From assembly GCA_023380755.1 (NCBI GenBank), contig JAMCSD010000006.1, positions 252,735 to 316,734 on the forward strand: 64,000 nt of DNA, read 5' to 3'. Shown in pieces: positions 17,519 through 26,681 of the stretch. The notes under the pieces are model-generated. The model was not told the origin of the DNA. It did no database searches and saw only the letters and a program-made list of their open reading frames with translations. Position 1 is the stretch's first letter. The number at the start of each line of letters is the position of its first letter. The translations under genes and the position numbers were made by a program. Source of the DNA: Patescibacteria group bacterium (lineage in GTDB: Bacteria; Patescibacteriota; Microgenomatia; UBA12405).

Positions 17519-17521
17519 AGC

Positions 17522-19234
17522 ATGAGATACTCACGCCTCTTTGGCAAAACTACTAAAACCGTTAGTCACGAAGCAACCGCCGCCAGCCACAAGCTCTTAC
17601 TCCAAGGCGGCTTTATTCGCATGTTGGCCGCTGGCCGCTATTCGTTCTTGCCCCTCGGTTTTAGCGTCAGCCAAAAAATTGAAAATATTATTCGCGAGGA
17701 AGTAGAAAAAACCGGCGCCCAGGAAGTAATTGTTCCCACCCTACACCCTATCGAGCTTTGGCAGCAAGCTAACCGCGATAAAAAGTTTGGCAGCGCTATG
17801 ATGCGGGTTACCGACCGCAACGGGGCTGAGTTTACCCTCGGAGCCACCGCTGAAGTCGTCATGCTCGATTTAGTTAAACAGTTCAGCGTTACCTATAAAG
17901 ATCTGCCCATCAATATTTTCCAGTTTTCCCAAAAATTCCGTGACGAAGCCCGGGCTACCGGTGGTTTGTTGCGAACCCGGGAGTTTGTTATGAAAGATGG
18001 TTATTCTTTCCATGTCAATGAGGCCGACCTGAAAACTACCTATCAGCAATACTGGGATGCTTATGTTCGGATTGCCCAAAGATTGGAGTTACCAGTAACC
18101 ATAGTTGAGTCCGACAATGGGGCCATCGGTGGTTCTATTTCTCATGAATTCATGGTCGAAACTCCGGTGGGGGAAGATACCGTCGTCAAATGCCACTGTG
18201 GTTATGCCGCCAACCTCGAAAAAGCCACCTTCATCAAAGAGGCCATGAACCCCGGGGAAAAAGAATTACCTCTTAAAGAGGTCGAGGCTGTCCGCGGGGC
18301 GACCATGGAAGATGGCGTTCAGCTCCACCATTTACCTCTTTGGCAGCAAATAAAAGATGTTATGTATGTTGATGACAACGGCCGCTTCGTATTGGCAATT
18401 ATCCGCGGCGATTTTATGGTCAACGAGACCAAATTAAAAAATGCCTTAGGTATCAACGAATTACGCCACGCTACCGATGAAGAAATTGTCCACCAACTTC
18501 ATTCCGTCCCCGGCTTTATTTCCCCGGTGGCTATCAAAGACAATTTAGCCTCGGGTGTGGAACTAATTATTATCGCCGATGATTCCCTTTCCCAAGTCGT
18601 TAACATGTATGGTGGCTCGAACCGCAAAAATGTTGATTTAACTAATGTTAATTTTGGTCGTGATTACCGGGCCGACTTAACGGCCGATATCGCCCAAGCC
18701 GAAGCCGGATTTATTTGTCCGAAATGCCAGAAATGGCAGCTGCAGATGGTTAAGGCCGTCGAGTTTGGCAACATCTTTAATATCGGCTTCACCTATAGCG
18801 ACCCCATGAACGGTACTTTTGTCGACAAAGATGGTACTCCCAAAAAATTATATATGGGTTCATATGGCATCGGTATTGGCCGGGCTATCGCCACCATTGT
18901 CGAACTGCACCATGATGATAAAGGGATTATCTGGCCTCGGGAAATAGCGCCTTACCAGGTGCACTTAGTCGCTCTCGATCTATTTGATGAAAAAATCAGG
19001 TCAGAATCCGAAAAACTTTATCAACAATTACTTGATAAAAATATTGACGTTCTCTTTGACGACCGCGAAGGCGTCACCGCTGGTGAAAAATTTGCTGATG
19101 CCGATCTTATTGGTATTCCGGCGCGTCTGGTAATTAGTAAACGCAGTTTAGACAGGGGTGGTATCGAGGTAAAACAACGGCATTCCTCAGAATCGGCTAT
19201 TATTGCCCTAAATGAGATTCCGTCTAGCTTCTAG
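17522..19234 (+). CDS. proS: proline--tRNA ligase (bacterial type with insertion/editing domain)
   Basis: 570 aa. Contains MRYSRLFGKT, class II motifs (FRDE.R...GL.R.REF.MKD.YSF) and a C-terminal anticodon-binding domain. Confidence 0.95.
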   Translation: MRYSRLFGKTTKTVSHEATAASHKLLLQGGFIRMLAAGRYSFLPLGFSVSQKIENIIREEVEKTGAQEVIVPTLHPIELWQQANRDKKFGSAMMRVTDRNGAEFTLGATAEVVMLDLVKQFSVTYKDLPINIFQFSQKFRDEARATGGLLRTREFVMKDGYSFHVNEADLKTTYQQYWDAYVRIAQRLELPVTIVESDNGAIGGSISHEFMVETPVGEDTVVKCHCGYAANLEKATFIKEAMNPGEKELPLKEVEAVRGATMEDGVQLHHLPLWQQIKDVMYVDDNGRFVLAIIRGDFMVNETKLKNALGINELRHATDEEIVHQLHSVPGFISPVAIKDNLASGVELIIIADDSLSQVVNMYGGSNRKNVDLTNVNFGRDYRADLTADIAQAEAGFICPKCQKWQLQMVKAVEFGNIFNIGFTYSDPMNGTFVDKDGTPKKLYMGSYGIGIGRAIATIVELHHDDKGIIWPREIAPYQVHLVALDLFDEKIRSESEKLYQQLLDKNIDVLFDDREGVTAGEKFADADLIGIPARLVISKRSLDRGGIEVKQRHSSESAIIALNEIPSSF

Positions 19235-19266
19235 ATTCTAGGAAGCCTTTTTTATATACTGTATTC

Positions 19267-21378
19267 ATGCCCAAGCGTGGCCGAAAAAGGCGGAAAGGGA
19301 TTCTGCCCCATTTTAATCTGAAAGCTGAAACCATCCAATCAATTATTTTCGTTGGTTTGGTCATTTTGTCACTCCTATCTATCTTCTCCTTTTTGCAGCG
19401 TGGAGAGGTTCCCACCCAACTTAACCTGATTTTGGTTGAATATTTTGGCTTAGGTTCGGTCCTGATTCCTTTTTCACTGCTCCTCTTTGCCTTTTTGTTT
19501 TCCCGCCTCAAGTCTCCTCTTAAAGAGCCCAACGTCCTTTTTGGCTTCTTGATCATGTTTATCTCTCTGGTTAGTTTACTGCGCCAGGGAAAATTTGGCC
19601 AATTCTTTTGGGAACAAATGGATTTTTTATTTACTGCCATCCCCACCGCTTTAATATATGCCGCCTCCTTCATTATCGGCTTTGTGATCCTGTTTAACAC
19701 CTCCATTGCTTCGGTGGTTAAGTTTTTCATCTCTATCGGCCAAACCGTATATAAATACACCTTTGGCAGCCAGGGTCAGTCTAAAGATAAGAAATCCAAA
19801 AATGCCGAGGAAACGATTTACATCCAAACCCCGGATGATGCTAAAAAAGAAGACAAAAAAGTCGTCCAGCCAACGCTGCCGGTGGCTCCGGCTATAAATG
19901 CTACCACCCCCCATTCGCCCAAGACCCTCAATACTTCGGCTGTCCAGGCTTGGAAATACCCCCCTCTTTCCATTTTTGACGATGCCTCCGGCACAAAAGC
20001 CGATCGGGGTGATGTCCGTAAGAATGCCCAAATTATTGAGCAAACCCTTGATTCCTTTGGCATTACTGCCCGGGTGGTGGAAGTCAATAATAGCCCTTCG
20101 GTTACCCAATACGCTTTGGAAGTAGCGCTGGGGACTAAATTAGCCAAGATTATCAACTTAGGCAACGACCTGGCTATGGCTTTGGCTGCTCCCGGTGGTC
20201 AGATTCGCGTTGAAGCACCTATTCCCGGGCGGTCTTTAGTAGGTATCGAAGTCCCCAACCGTTCTTTGGAAGTAGTTCCCATCCGCAAGATCATGGAATC
20301 AGAAGTCATGAAAGAAGCCAAATCTAAAATAACCGTTCCGCTAGGACTAGATGTTGGCGGGAAACCCAAAGTAGCTAATATTGCCAAAATGCCCCACGTT
20401 TTGATTGCCGGCCAAACCGGTTCCGGTAAATCGGTCTGTGTTAATTCCTGGATTGCCAGCTTATTATTTAGAGCCTCTCCCGAAGAAGTCCGCTTGATTA
20501 TGGTTGATCCGAAACGGGTGGAACTGACCCCCTATAATGGCATTCCTCATCTCTTAAGCCCTGTCATAGTCGAGCCGGAAAAAGTAGTCTCCGCCCTCAA
20601 GTGGGCCGTTTCCGAAATGGAGCACCGTTATAAAATCTTGGCTGAAGTTGGCGCTAAAAATATTGAAGGTTATAACGACCTTTCTGGTTTTCAAAGTTTA
20701 CCCTATATCATTATCTTTATTGACGAGTTAGCCGATATTATGCTCTATAACCCTGCCGAAGTCGAAGATAATATTTGTCGTTTGGCGCAAATGGCCCGGG
20801 CTGTCGGTATCCATTTGGTCTTAGCCACCCAACGGCCGTCGGTGGACATCATCACCGGTTTAATCAAGGCCAATATCCCGGCCCGCATTGCTTTTGCGGT
20901 TTCCTCGATGACCGATTCCCGGGTCATATTGGATTCTCCTGGTGCCGAAAAACTGTTAGGCAGGGGGGACATGCTTTACATTCCTCCCGAACTAGCCAAG
21001 CCGGTCCGTATCCAGGGCTGTTTTATCAAGGATCAAGAAATCAACAAATTAATCGAATTCCTAAAAGCTCAACAAACCACCGAATATAATGACCAGATCA
21101 CCAGCCAGCCGGTAGCCTCACCCAATGCCATGAGTAAAAACACCGTTTCGGTTGGCGGCGAAGAACATGACGTTGTTTTTGACCAAGCGGTCAAACTTGT
21201 CCGTGACACCGGCAAGGCTTCGGCATCCCTTTTGCAACGGCGTTTAAAATTAGGTTACGCCCGGGCTGCTCGGGTTTTAGATGAAATGGAACAAGCTGGT
21301 CTGATTGGTCCCGCCAACGGTGCCAAGCCGCGGGAAATTCTGATGCCTCACGCCACTCCTACTGAGGGTGAGGATTAG
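19267..21378 (+). CDS. ftsK: DNA translocase FtsK/SpoIIIE
   Basis: 703 aa. N-terminal TM helices, Walker A GQTGSGKS, Walker B IIFIDELAD, and a C-terminal gamma winged helix (SASLLQRRLKLGYARAARVLDEME). Confidence 0.95.
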   Translation: MPKRGRKRRKGILPHFNLKAETIQSIIFVGLVILSLLSIFSFLQRGEVPTQLNLILVEYFGLGSVLIPFSLLLFAFLFSRLKSPLKEPNVLFGFLIMFISLVSLLRQGKFGQFFWEQMDFLFTAIPTALIYAASFIIGFVILFNTSIASVVKFFISIGQTVYKYTFGSQGQSKDKKSKNAEETIYIQTPDDAKKEDKKVVQPTLPVAPAINATTPHSPKTLNTSAVQAWKYPPLSIFDDASGTKADRGDVRKNAQIIEQTLDSFGITARVVEVNNSPSVTQYALEVALGTKLAKIINLGNDLAMALAAPGGQIRVEAPIPGRSLVGIEVPNRSLEVVPIRKIMESEVMKEAKSKITVPLGLDVGGKPKVANIAKMPHVLIAGQTGSGKSVCVNSWIASLLFRASPEEVRLIMVDPKRVELTPYNGIPHLLSPVIVEPEKVVSALKWAVSEMEHRYKILAEVGAKNIEGYNDLSGFQSLPYIIIFIDELADIMLYNPAEVEDNICRLAQMARAVGIHLVLATQRPSVDIITGLIKANIPARIAFAVSSMTDSRVILDSPGAEKLLGRGDMLYIPPELAKPVRIQGCFIKDQEINKLIEFLKAQQTTEYNDQITSQPVASPNAMSKNTVSVGGEEHDVVFDQAVKLVRDTGKASASLLQRRLKLGYARAARVLDEMEQAGLIGPANGAKPREILMPHATPTEGED

Positions 21379-21386
21379 TATCCACT

Positions 21387-21992
21387 ATGACTAAAGTTGC
21401 CACCCTCTTAAAGACGGTCCGCGAAGAAAAAGGTTATGAATTAGCCGAAATATCCAAGAAAATAAAAATCCCTGTCAAATATTTATATGCTTTTGAGGAG
21501 GGTGATACCAGTTGCTATCCTAATGAACCTTATTGCTCACTGTCGGTGAAAGACTATGCTGATTTTTTAGGTCTCAACGGTCAGGAGATCCTTCGCCTTT
21601 TTCGCCGGGATTATATCCAAAAGAATAATGACCACAACGCCGTCATTGCCTCCTCGGGCATCACCCCCAAAACGACCTTCGGTGTTGCCATGGTTGTTTT
21701 GGTGGCTTTCTTTGTTATTTACCTCTTCAACGAATATCTGCGTTTTACCCAACCGCCACTTCTTCAGGTTGATTGGCCCCGGATTATCACCGGCGATTCG
21801 GTCGAGATTGATGGCAAAACTAATCCCGATGCCACTGTTCGCGTTAATCAGGATTTAGTTATTGTTAATGCCGATGGGACTTTTTCTAAAAAGGTCAGTC
21901 TTAAAGATGGCAATAAAATTATTGTCGAGTCCAAATCGCCCAGTGGTAAGACGACAGTTGAAGAAAAAACTCTCAACCCTACCATTAATTAG
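21387..21992 (+). CDS. RodZ-like HTH (XRE-type) membrane protein
   Basis: 201 aa. N-terminal HTH LKTVREEKGYELAEISKKIKIPVKYLYAFEEGD, one TM helix, and an extracytoplasmic beta-rich domain. Confidence 0.65.
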   Translation: MTKVATLLKTVREEKGYELAEISKKIKIPVKYLYAFEEGDTSCYPNEPYCSLSVKDYADFLGLNGQEILRLFRRDYIQKNNDHNAVIASSGITPKTTFGVAMVVLVAFFVIYLFNEYLRFTQPPLLQVDWPRIITGDSVEIDGKTNPDATVRVNQDLVIVNADGTFSKKVSLKDGNKIIVESKSPSGKTTVEEKTLNPTIN

Positions 21993-22006
21993 TGTATACT
22001 TAATCC

Positions 22007-22279
22007 ATGGATGTCTATCAGGTAATTATTGCCGTTTGTTTAAGCGTTATTTCCGCCACTATCGTGGTTATCGGCGTCACCCTAGTCTGGGTTTTAGCTG
22101 AAGTTAAAAATAGTCTCAAAAAGGTTAACGGCATTCTGGACACCACTCACCACATTACTAACTCTATCGCTGAGCCGGTTTCTTCTTTCTCGGAATTTTT
22201 AATGGGTTTCCGAAACGGTTTTTCCATCTTTAACAAAGTTTTTGGTTCTAAGAAAGCCACCGATGACTCCACCGAATAA
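22007..22279 (+). CDS. small membrane protein (DUF948-like)
   Basis: 90 aa with an N-terminal TM helix followed by an amphipathic helix. Confidence 0.5.
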   Translation: MDVYQVIIAVCLSVISATIVVIGVTLVWVLAEVKNSLKKVNGILDTTHHITNSIAEPVSSFSEFLMGFRNGFSIFNKVFGSKKATDDSTE

Positions 22280-22544
22280 CGAATCATCTTCAGATACTTC
22301 TGGCAGTTTTTTAATGGGATTGGTTTTTGGCGCTGTGATTGCCGCGATAGCGGCCATTGTCATCTATCGGCGTCGGGACACCCAAATTGTCCAAGAATTA
22401 AAGAAAAAACTAAATAGTTACTTTACCCTGTCTGCTACTCCGGAGCCCAAAGTCTCCCGTCGAGTCCGTCGGGTAAAAAAGAAATCAGCCGCTGCTCGCT
22501 CTCCCAGCCATTTCTTCAAAAAAACCGCTGAACATATAGTATAA
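22263..22544 (+). CDS. small membrane protein (YtxH-like)
   Basis: GSFLMGLVFGAVIAAIAAIVIY TM helix followed by a basic tail. I chose the ATG at 22263; the ORF track starts at TTG 22242. Confidence 0.45.
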   Translation: MTPPNNESSSDTSGSFLMGLVFGAVIAAIAAIVIYRRRDTQIVQELKKKLNSYFTLSATPEPKVSRRVRRVKKKSAAARSPSHFFKKTAEHIV

Positions 22545-22551
22545 TCTAGAC

Positions 22552-23004
22552 ATGAACGAAACCTATTATTACCGGGATAATACCATTTTTTCTGCTGGTG
22601 GTCTTTTAGTCGATGAGGATAAGAAAAAAGTTTATCTCCTTTTTAAGGAAGCCACCAAAGAATGGTTGCTTCCCAAAGGTCGTCAAATGCCGGGTGAAAC
22701 CCTCGAAGCCACTGCCCAACGCGAAGTTTTTGAAGAAACCGGTTACCAAAACCAGGTCAGAGAACTAATGGCTGTCCAGATTAGACCAGATGTTCACGAT
22801 CCCCAAAAAAAGAAAGCTGTCTTTTGGTTTTACTGTTCCCTCCTCAACCATGATCAACAGTTAAACACTCAGGATGTCGGTGAAAACTTTTCCGGCCGGT
22901 GGTGTGACGAGTCAGAAGCTGTCGGTCTCGTGACCTTTGATGATGACCGGGAGTTTGTCCGCCAGGTCTTCCGCCGAGTTAATTTAGTGGCTCAGTCATC
23001 TTAA
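22552..23004 (+). CDS. Nudix hydrolase
   Basis: Nudix box GRQMPGETLEATAQREVFEETGY matches GX5EX7REUXEEXGU. 150 aa. Confidence 0.85.
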   Translation: MNETYYYRDNTIFSAGGLLVDEDKKKVYLLFKEATKEWLLPKGRQMPGETLEATAQREVFEETGYQNQVRELMAVQIRPDVHDPQKKKAVFWFYCSLLNHDQQLNTQDVGENFSGRWCDESEAVGLVTFDDDREFVRQVFRRVNLVAQSS

Positions 23005-23948
23005 AAAAGACCCCCCCAGCTTTTTGCCTCCAGTATTTTCTGGTAAGCCGCGACTACGTCGATATTGGGATATAATTTTTGTTTCTGAAGACTCAATAAT
23101 CTGGCTTTAAAAGTTTCTATATTAAGTTTCACGCCATATCCGGATAAAAAAGCTTCCCAGAAAGCCGGGCTATATCCTTCACCTTTTAAACCCCTAAAAA
23201 AACCTACCAAATCATCCACCGAATCTCCCACCGAAGCGTTTTCCATATCCACTAAGCCGCTGATCCGCCAGCCATGGCTACTTTTTTCGGCAAAAAAATG
23301 TCGGGGGTGGCAATCCCCATGTATAAAAGATACCTGCTGATATTCTTCGGCCATTTGTCCTCTCTGTTCGTCTAAAAATCTCTTCACCGTCTCTTGGGCT
23401 AAGGTATTTCCCGCTAACTCCTTTTCCATTAAGCCGTCAGTAGTCTCTAATCTCCCTTCAAGCGACCAGCCGCGGTGGTGCCAAACAATATTTTGATTCG
23501 GAAGATATCTACCCTGAATAAACCCTAAGCGCTGGGGAGCCGGGCGTTTGTGTACCGCCCGTAAATAGGTGCCGGCTTCGGTTAGTAAGCCCAACGTTTC
23601 CTGGTAAGAACATTTTTTTAGCCAGTCAGTCAAATTCTGCCCTGAAGCCCGGTGGAGGAGTAAATATGGCTGGCCGATCTCATTATCCTCTGAATAATCT
23701 GCTTTTAGGACCAATGGCTCGCCCAATTGCTGTTGATTAAGCCAGCCGTAAGCGGTATTTTCTCGGTCCACCACGGTGGCTAATTTAGTCCCCGTTCTCG
23801 GATACCAGTCCTTAGTGTATAACTTTAAAAAACCATCAATGGCGGAACTGATCTGGTAAAGATGATTGTGGGTATTAATCAAATCCACCCTAGTTACCGG
23901 TAGATTGGTCGTTCGCTGAAATTCGGCTTCGACCGCATTTCTGTTCAT
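23001..23948 (-). CDS. APH/choline-kinase-fold phosphotransferase (substrate unknown)
   Basis: 315 aa. The Brenner-type catalytic loop FIHGDCHPRHFF and the metal-binding segment GLVDMENASVGDSVDDL (together 23247-23321) match the HGDxHxxN...IDxE.A..GD pattern of aminoglycoside, choline and sugar kinases. Confidence 0.75.
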   Translation of the reverse strand: MNRNAVEAEFQRTTNLPVTRVDLINTHNHLYQISSAIDGFLKLYTKDWYPRTGTKLATVVDRENTAYGWLNQQQLGEPLVLKADYSEDNEIGQPYLLLHRASGQNLTDWLKKCSYQETLGLLTEAGTYLRAVHKRPAPQRLGFIQGRYLPNQNIVWHHRGWSLEGRLETTDGLMEKELAGNTLAQETVKRFLDEQRGQMAEEYQQVSFIHGDCHPRHFFAEKSSHGWRISGLVDMENASVGDSVDDLVGFFRGLKGEGYSPAFWEAFLSGYGVKLNIETFKARLLSLQKQKLYPNIDVVAAYQKILEAKSWGGLF

Positions 23949-23951
23949 AAA

Positions 23952-24464
23952 CTATTGACACAAATAACCTACGGCACAAAAATGGCAACAATTTGGGTTG
24001 ACTCGATGGACAATGTCTTTACAGATTGCCGTTGCTTCTCGGGCATTAACTGAACAATGGACAAAATTCTTCCATCTCGCTAACGGGATTTCGGCATTCT
24101 GGCTTTGGTGTAATTGGGCCAACTCCCCCCGCAAGCCGCTCGGTGGTGCCCCCCGACCCTTCAGCGCTTTGATCACCTCATAGATATTTTGATCTCCGTA
24201 AAGATAATAATGGAGAGTTGGCGCCGAAGTTAAATGCTGAAAGAATTCCGCCGGGGCCGAACTGTAAATCTGTGATAACTTTTCCTGAAAGTTAGGATAA
24301 AGTAGCTTAAGTTGGCCCGGTGACATCACGATTTGTTCTTGGCACAGAATTTCCCAATCATTATCTTGGGCAAATTCAACCACCCGGCGTTGGATAATAT
24401 CCGAAAAAGCTAACCCTTCGGGCTTTACCATAAAATGGCAGGGATATTTTTGTCTTTCAGGCAT
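23952..24464 (-). CDS. divergent nucleoside-diphosphate-kinase-fold protein with a Cys-rich C-terminal tail
   Basis: 170 aa, collinear by eye with NDK. FMVKPEG aligns with IIKPDA, LTSAPTLHYYLYG with MTSGPVVA.VLEG, GLRGELA with GTIRADFA, and NFVHCS (His codon at 24057-24059) with NxxHGSD. The tail NPNCCHFCAVGYLC is extra. Confidence 0.65.
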   Translation of the reverse strand: MPERQKYPCHFMVKPEGLAFSDIIQRRVVEFAQDNDWEILCQEQIVMSPGQLKLLYPNFQEKLSQIYSSAPAEFFQHLTSAPTLHYYLYGDQNIYEVIKALKGRGAPPSGLRGELAQLHQSQNAEIPLARWKNFVHCSVNAREATAICKDIVHRVNPNCCHFCAVGYLCQ

Positions 24465-26574
24465 GGGCTAAAGGTGAATGAAGTAAATTTACGAATTGAC
24501 CGTTCCGGGGCGTGCCAAAAGAAACTGCTAAGGCATAAGCCAACCATAAATGCTTCGTGTCGTAGTCCAATATATTCCGGCTTAAAGTGGCACAGACCGC
24601 TAAAGCTGATCTTAAAATCATCTCCCAATTTTTGCTGGAATAACCCCGTTTTTGTGCTTCCCTTAAAGTGGTATTTAAAATTCCCAACTTAATCTCCAGG
24701 ATTGCCTTTTTAACTGGATTCAGCTGGTAATTGTGGTTAATATATAACTTTCCGTTATGAACTCGGCAGCTAACTTTGACCGGCAGAGGACTAATTCGGT
24801 TTGATAACAATACATCAACGAAAATATCGTGGTAAATCGATTTGGCGGCATCTAGAAGGGGGCAGTGGATACCGGCATACTCGTAATCGATATTCAGATA
24901 ATCGGTAAAATCAGGCTTGACCAGCACGTTACCCCCATGGCCATCTCCCAAGCCGTAAACCTTAAGCCCCTTATCTAGTAATTTTGGACTCAAATAATAC
25001 TTACTATTATTGATTACCTGGGCTAAAGGCTTACAATGTTGGCCATTAACCACTGTCTCCATTTGCAGGATTTTTCCAAAATCATACCTTTTATCGTGAA
25101 TCTGCACTATTTTATTGTCGTAATATTCATTCCAGCGCCCTCCGGTGACTCGGTCGTAGAACAGGGAATGAACGTTCTCTTTGGTTGTATCTCGATTCTT
25201 AACCTCATCCATCGAAGCTAAGTTACTAGCCAAAATTTCCTCACTTTTCTTTAGCTCTAACGTCAAATATTTTTCGGCTAATTCGGGATTTAAATCAGAT
25301 AATAGATAGGAAACCATTGGCCTGCCTTCAAACCACGGAAAAATGGCTACCCGGTAATCTCGGTCGATATAAATCGCTTTTTGGGTATGGCTAAAGATTT
25401 TGTTCATCAGACCAGAGCTCATTGCCTCGTAAAAGATGTTTTGTTTATTGCCATCTTTCAGCGTTTTAAAACAATATTGTCGGCCCTTTTTGTCCCCGCA
25501 AACTCCGGCCCGTGAATTAATGCTAAAAATATCATCCTTAAAAAAGGAAAAATATTTTAAGCCGCTGCCGGTGCTCTTCCGCAATCCCCGGTCCAAAATC
25601 TTTTCGATTTCTTGGCGACTCAATGGTTTTGCGGTAAACGGCACTACTGACGTTTTCTTTTCCTGCCAATCAATTTTTTTCTTACTTAACAGCGAGGTGT
25701 CGAGTACTAAACTAAAATGCGTTGGCGCCTTTTCTGGTAAATGATCGTGAGTGAAACTATCGGCTTTGATTTTTTGAGCTAAGGCCCGCAGTTCACTCTC
25801 AAGTTTATTCTGATATTCCTGACTAAAACGATATTGCCGTACTAATAGGGAAGTCCACTGAAAATTAGGACCAGTAGCTGCCGCTCTGGTTCTTTTTATA
25901 AAATATTGCTTGAATTCTTCTTGTTTTTTCAAGTATGGGTTATCAACCACTTTATCGTTGGCATAAGCAAACTGCGCCGTCACCAAAAAGTCGGTAAATA
26001 AGCCAATCGACCACCCTCCGGGAATTCTGGCAAAATCTTTATCTAAAAAGGCATAAAAGGTATTCTGGCCAAATTTCCCTAAAGTGTTATTCAATAACAA
26101 CCGATAGGTTGGGTTTTCGTCGACTGTTGATTTCCCAATATAAAATCGCCGGTCTTTGTTAACCGACAACACCCGATACCATCTTTCGGCATTTAAATCA
26201 TCCAGTTTAATACTATCTAGTCCAATCAGTTTTATTGAAGTCTTAATCCCATTAACCTTTCCGCTAACCCGTAATATTTCCAGCTGGTGATTAATCAATA
26301 GGGTATTACAGTAATTCTTGATGTAATCAATGCTGCCCGTGTCAAAGCCGAAACATTCCGTCAGCTTTGATTTGGTGGCGGTCTGCAGAAACCGTTCTAG
26401 TGAACTTCTGGTCGGGAAAATAAATAAGGCATCCACGTCCCGGACCTCAGGGGTTAGCGAGTAAGCCCAACTACCTCCAAAGAATAAACCACCATTTAAA
26501 TCCGATTTTTTGAGCGCTTGAATCACCGTTGCCTTAATAATCTCTTTTGAACTTACCTCTACTAGCCGATTCAT
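24457..26574 (-). CDS. two-module protein: N-terminal Pol-beta-superfamily nucleotidyltransferase fused to a C-terminal APH/choline-kinase-fold kinase
   Basis: NTase motif FGGSWAYSLTPEVRDVDALFIF (G[GS]...DxD, 26431-26478). Kinase motifs are CFKTLKD, FPWFEG, YGLGDGHGGNVLV and NIDYEYAG (24886-24954). The first ATG is at 26574 and the ORF is open to TTG at 26583. Its stop overlaps the next gene's start by 8 nt. Confidence 0.75.
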   Translation of the reverse strand: MNRLVEVSSKEIIKATVIQALKKSDLNGGLFFGGSWAYSLTPEVRDVDALFIFPTRSSLERFLQTATKSKLTECFGFDTGSIDYIKNYCNTLLINHQLEILRVSGKVNGIKTSIKLIGLDSIKLDDLNAERWYRVLSVNKDRRFYIGKSTVDENPTYRLLLNNTLGKFGQNTFYAFLDKDFARIPGGWSIGLFTDFLVTAQFAYANDKVVDNPYLKKQEEFKQYFIKRTRAAATGPNFQWTSLLVRQYRFSQEYQNKLESELRALAQKIKADSFTHDHLPEKAPTHFSLVLDTSLLSKKKIDWQEKKTSVVPFTAKPLSRQEIEKILDRGLRKSTGSGLKYFSFFKDDIFSINSRAGVCGDKKGRQYCFKTLKDGNKQNIFYEAMSSGLMNKIFSHTQKAIYIDRDYRVAIFPWFEGRPMVSYLLSDLNPELAEKYLTLELKKSEEILASNLASMDEVKNRDTTKENVHSLFYDRVTGGRWNEYYDNKIVQIHDKRYDFGKILQMETVVNGQHCKPLAQVINNSKYYLSPKLLDKGLKVYGLGDGHGGNVLVKPDFTDYLNIDYEYAGIHCPLLDAAKSIYHDIFVDVLLSNRISPLPVKVSCRVHNGKLYINHNYQLNPVKKAILEIKLGILNTTLREAQKRGYSSKNWEMILRSALAVCATLSRNILDYDTKHLWLAYALAVSFGTPRNGQFVNLLHSPLAHA

Positions 26575-26672
26575 TATGCTCAATATTATATACTATAGGC
26601 CTTATAAAATCAAGTTTATAGGCTATATATAATATATAACAAATATGTATCATTTTCGTCAACCATATTTAC

Positions 26673-26681
26673 TGATATAAT
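26673..26681 (+). promoter_or_regulatory. extended -10 promoter (TGaTATAAT) 6 nt upstream of the alaS ATG
   Basis: TATAAT lies at 26676-26681 and the ATG at 26688, with no SD. This implies a leaderless alaS mRNA. Confidence 0.5.

Noticed and set aside
19224-19760. 178-aa minus-strand ORF spanning the proS-ftsK junction.
   Set aside because: It overlaps the FtsK N-terminal membrane domain on the opposite strand, and its basic, low-complexity translation has no recognisable fold. The FtsK reading frame is clearly the real one.
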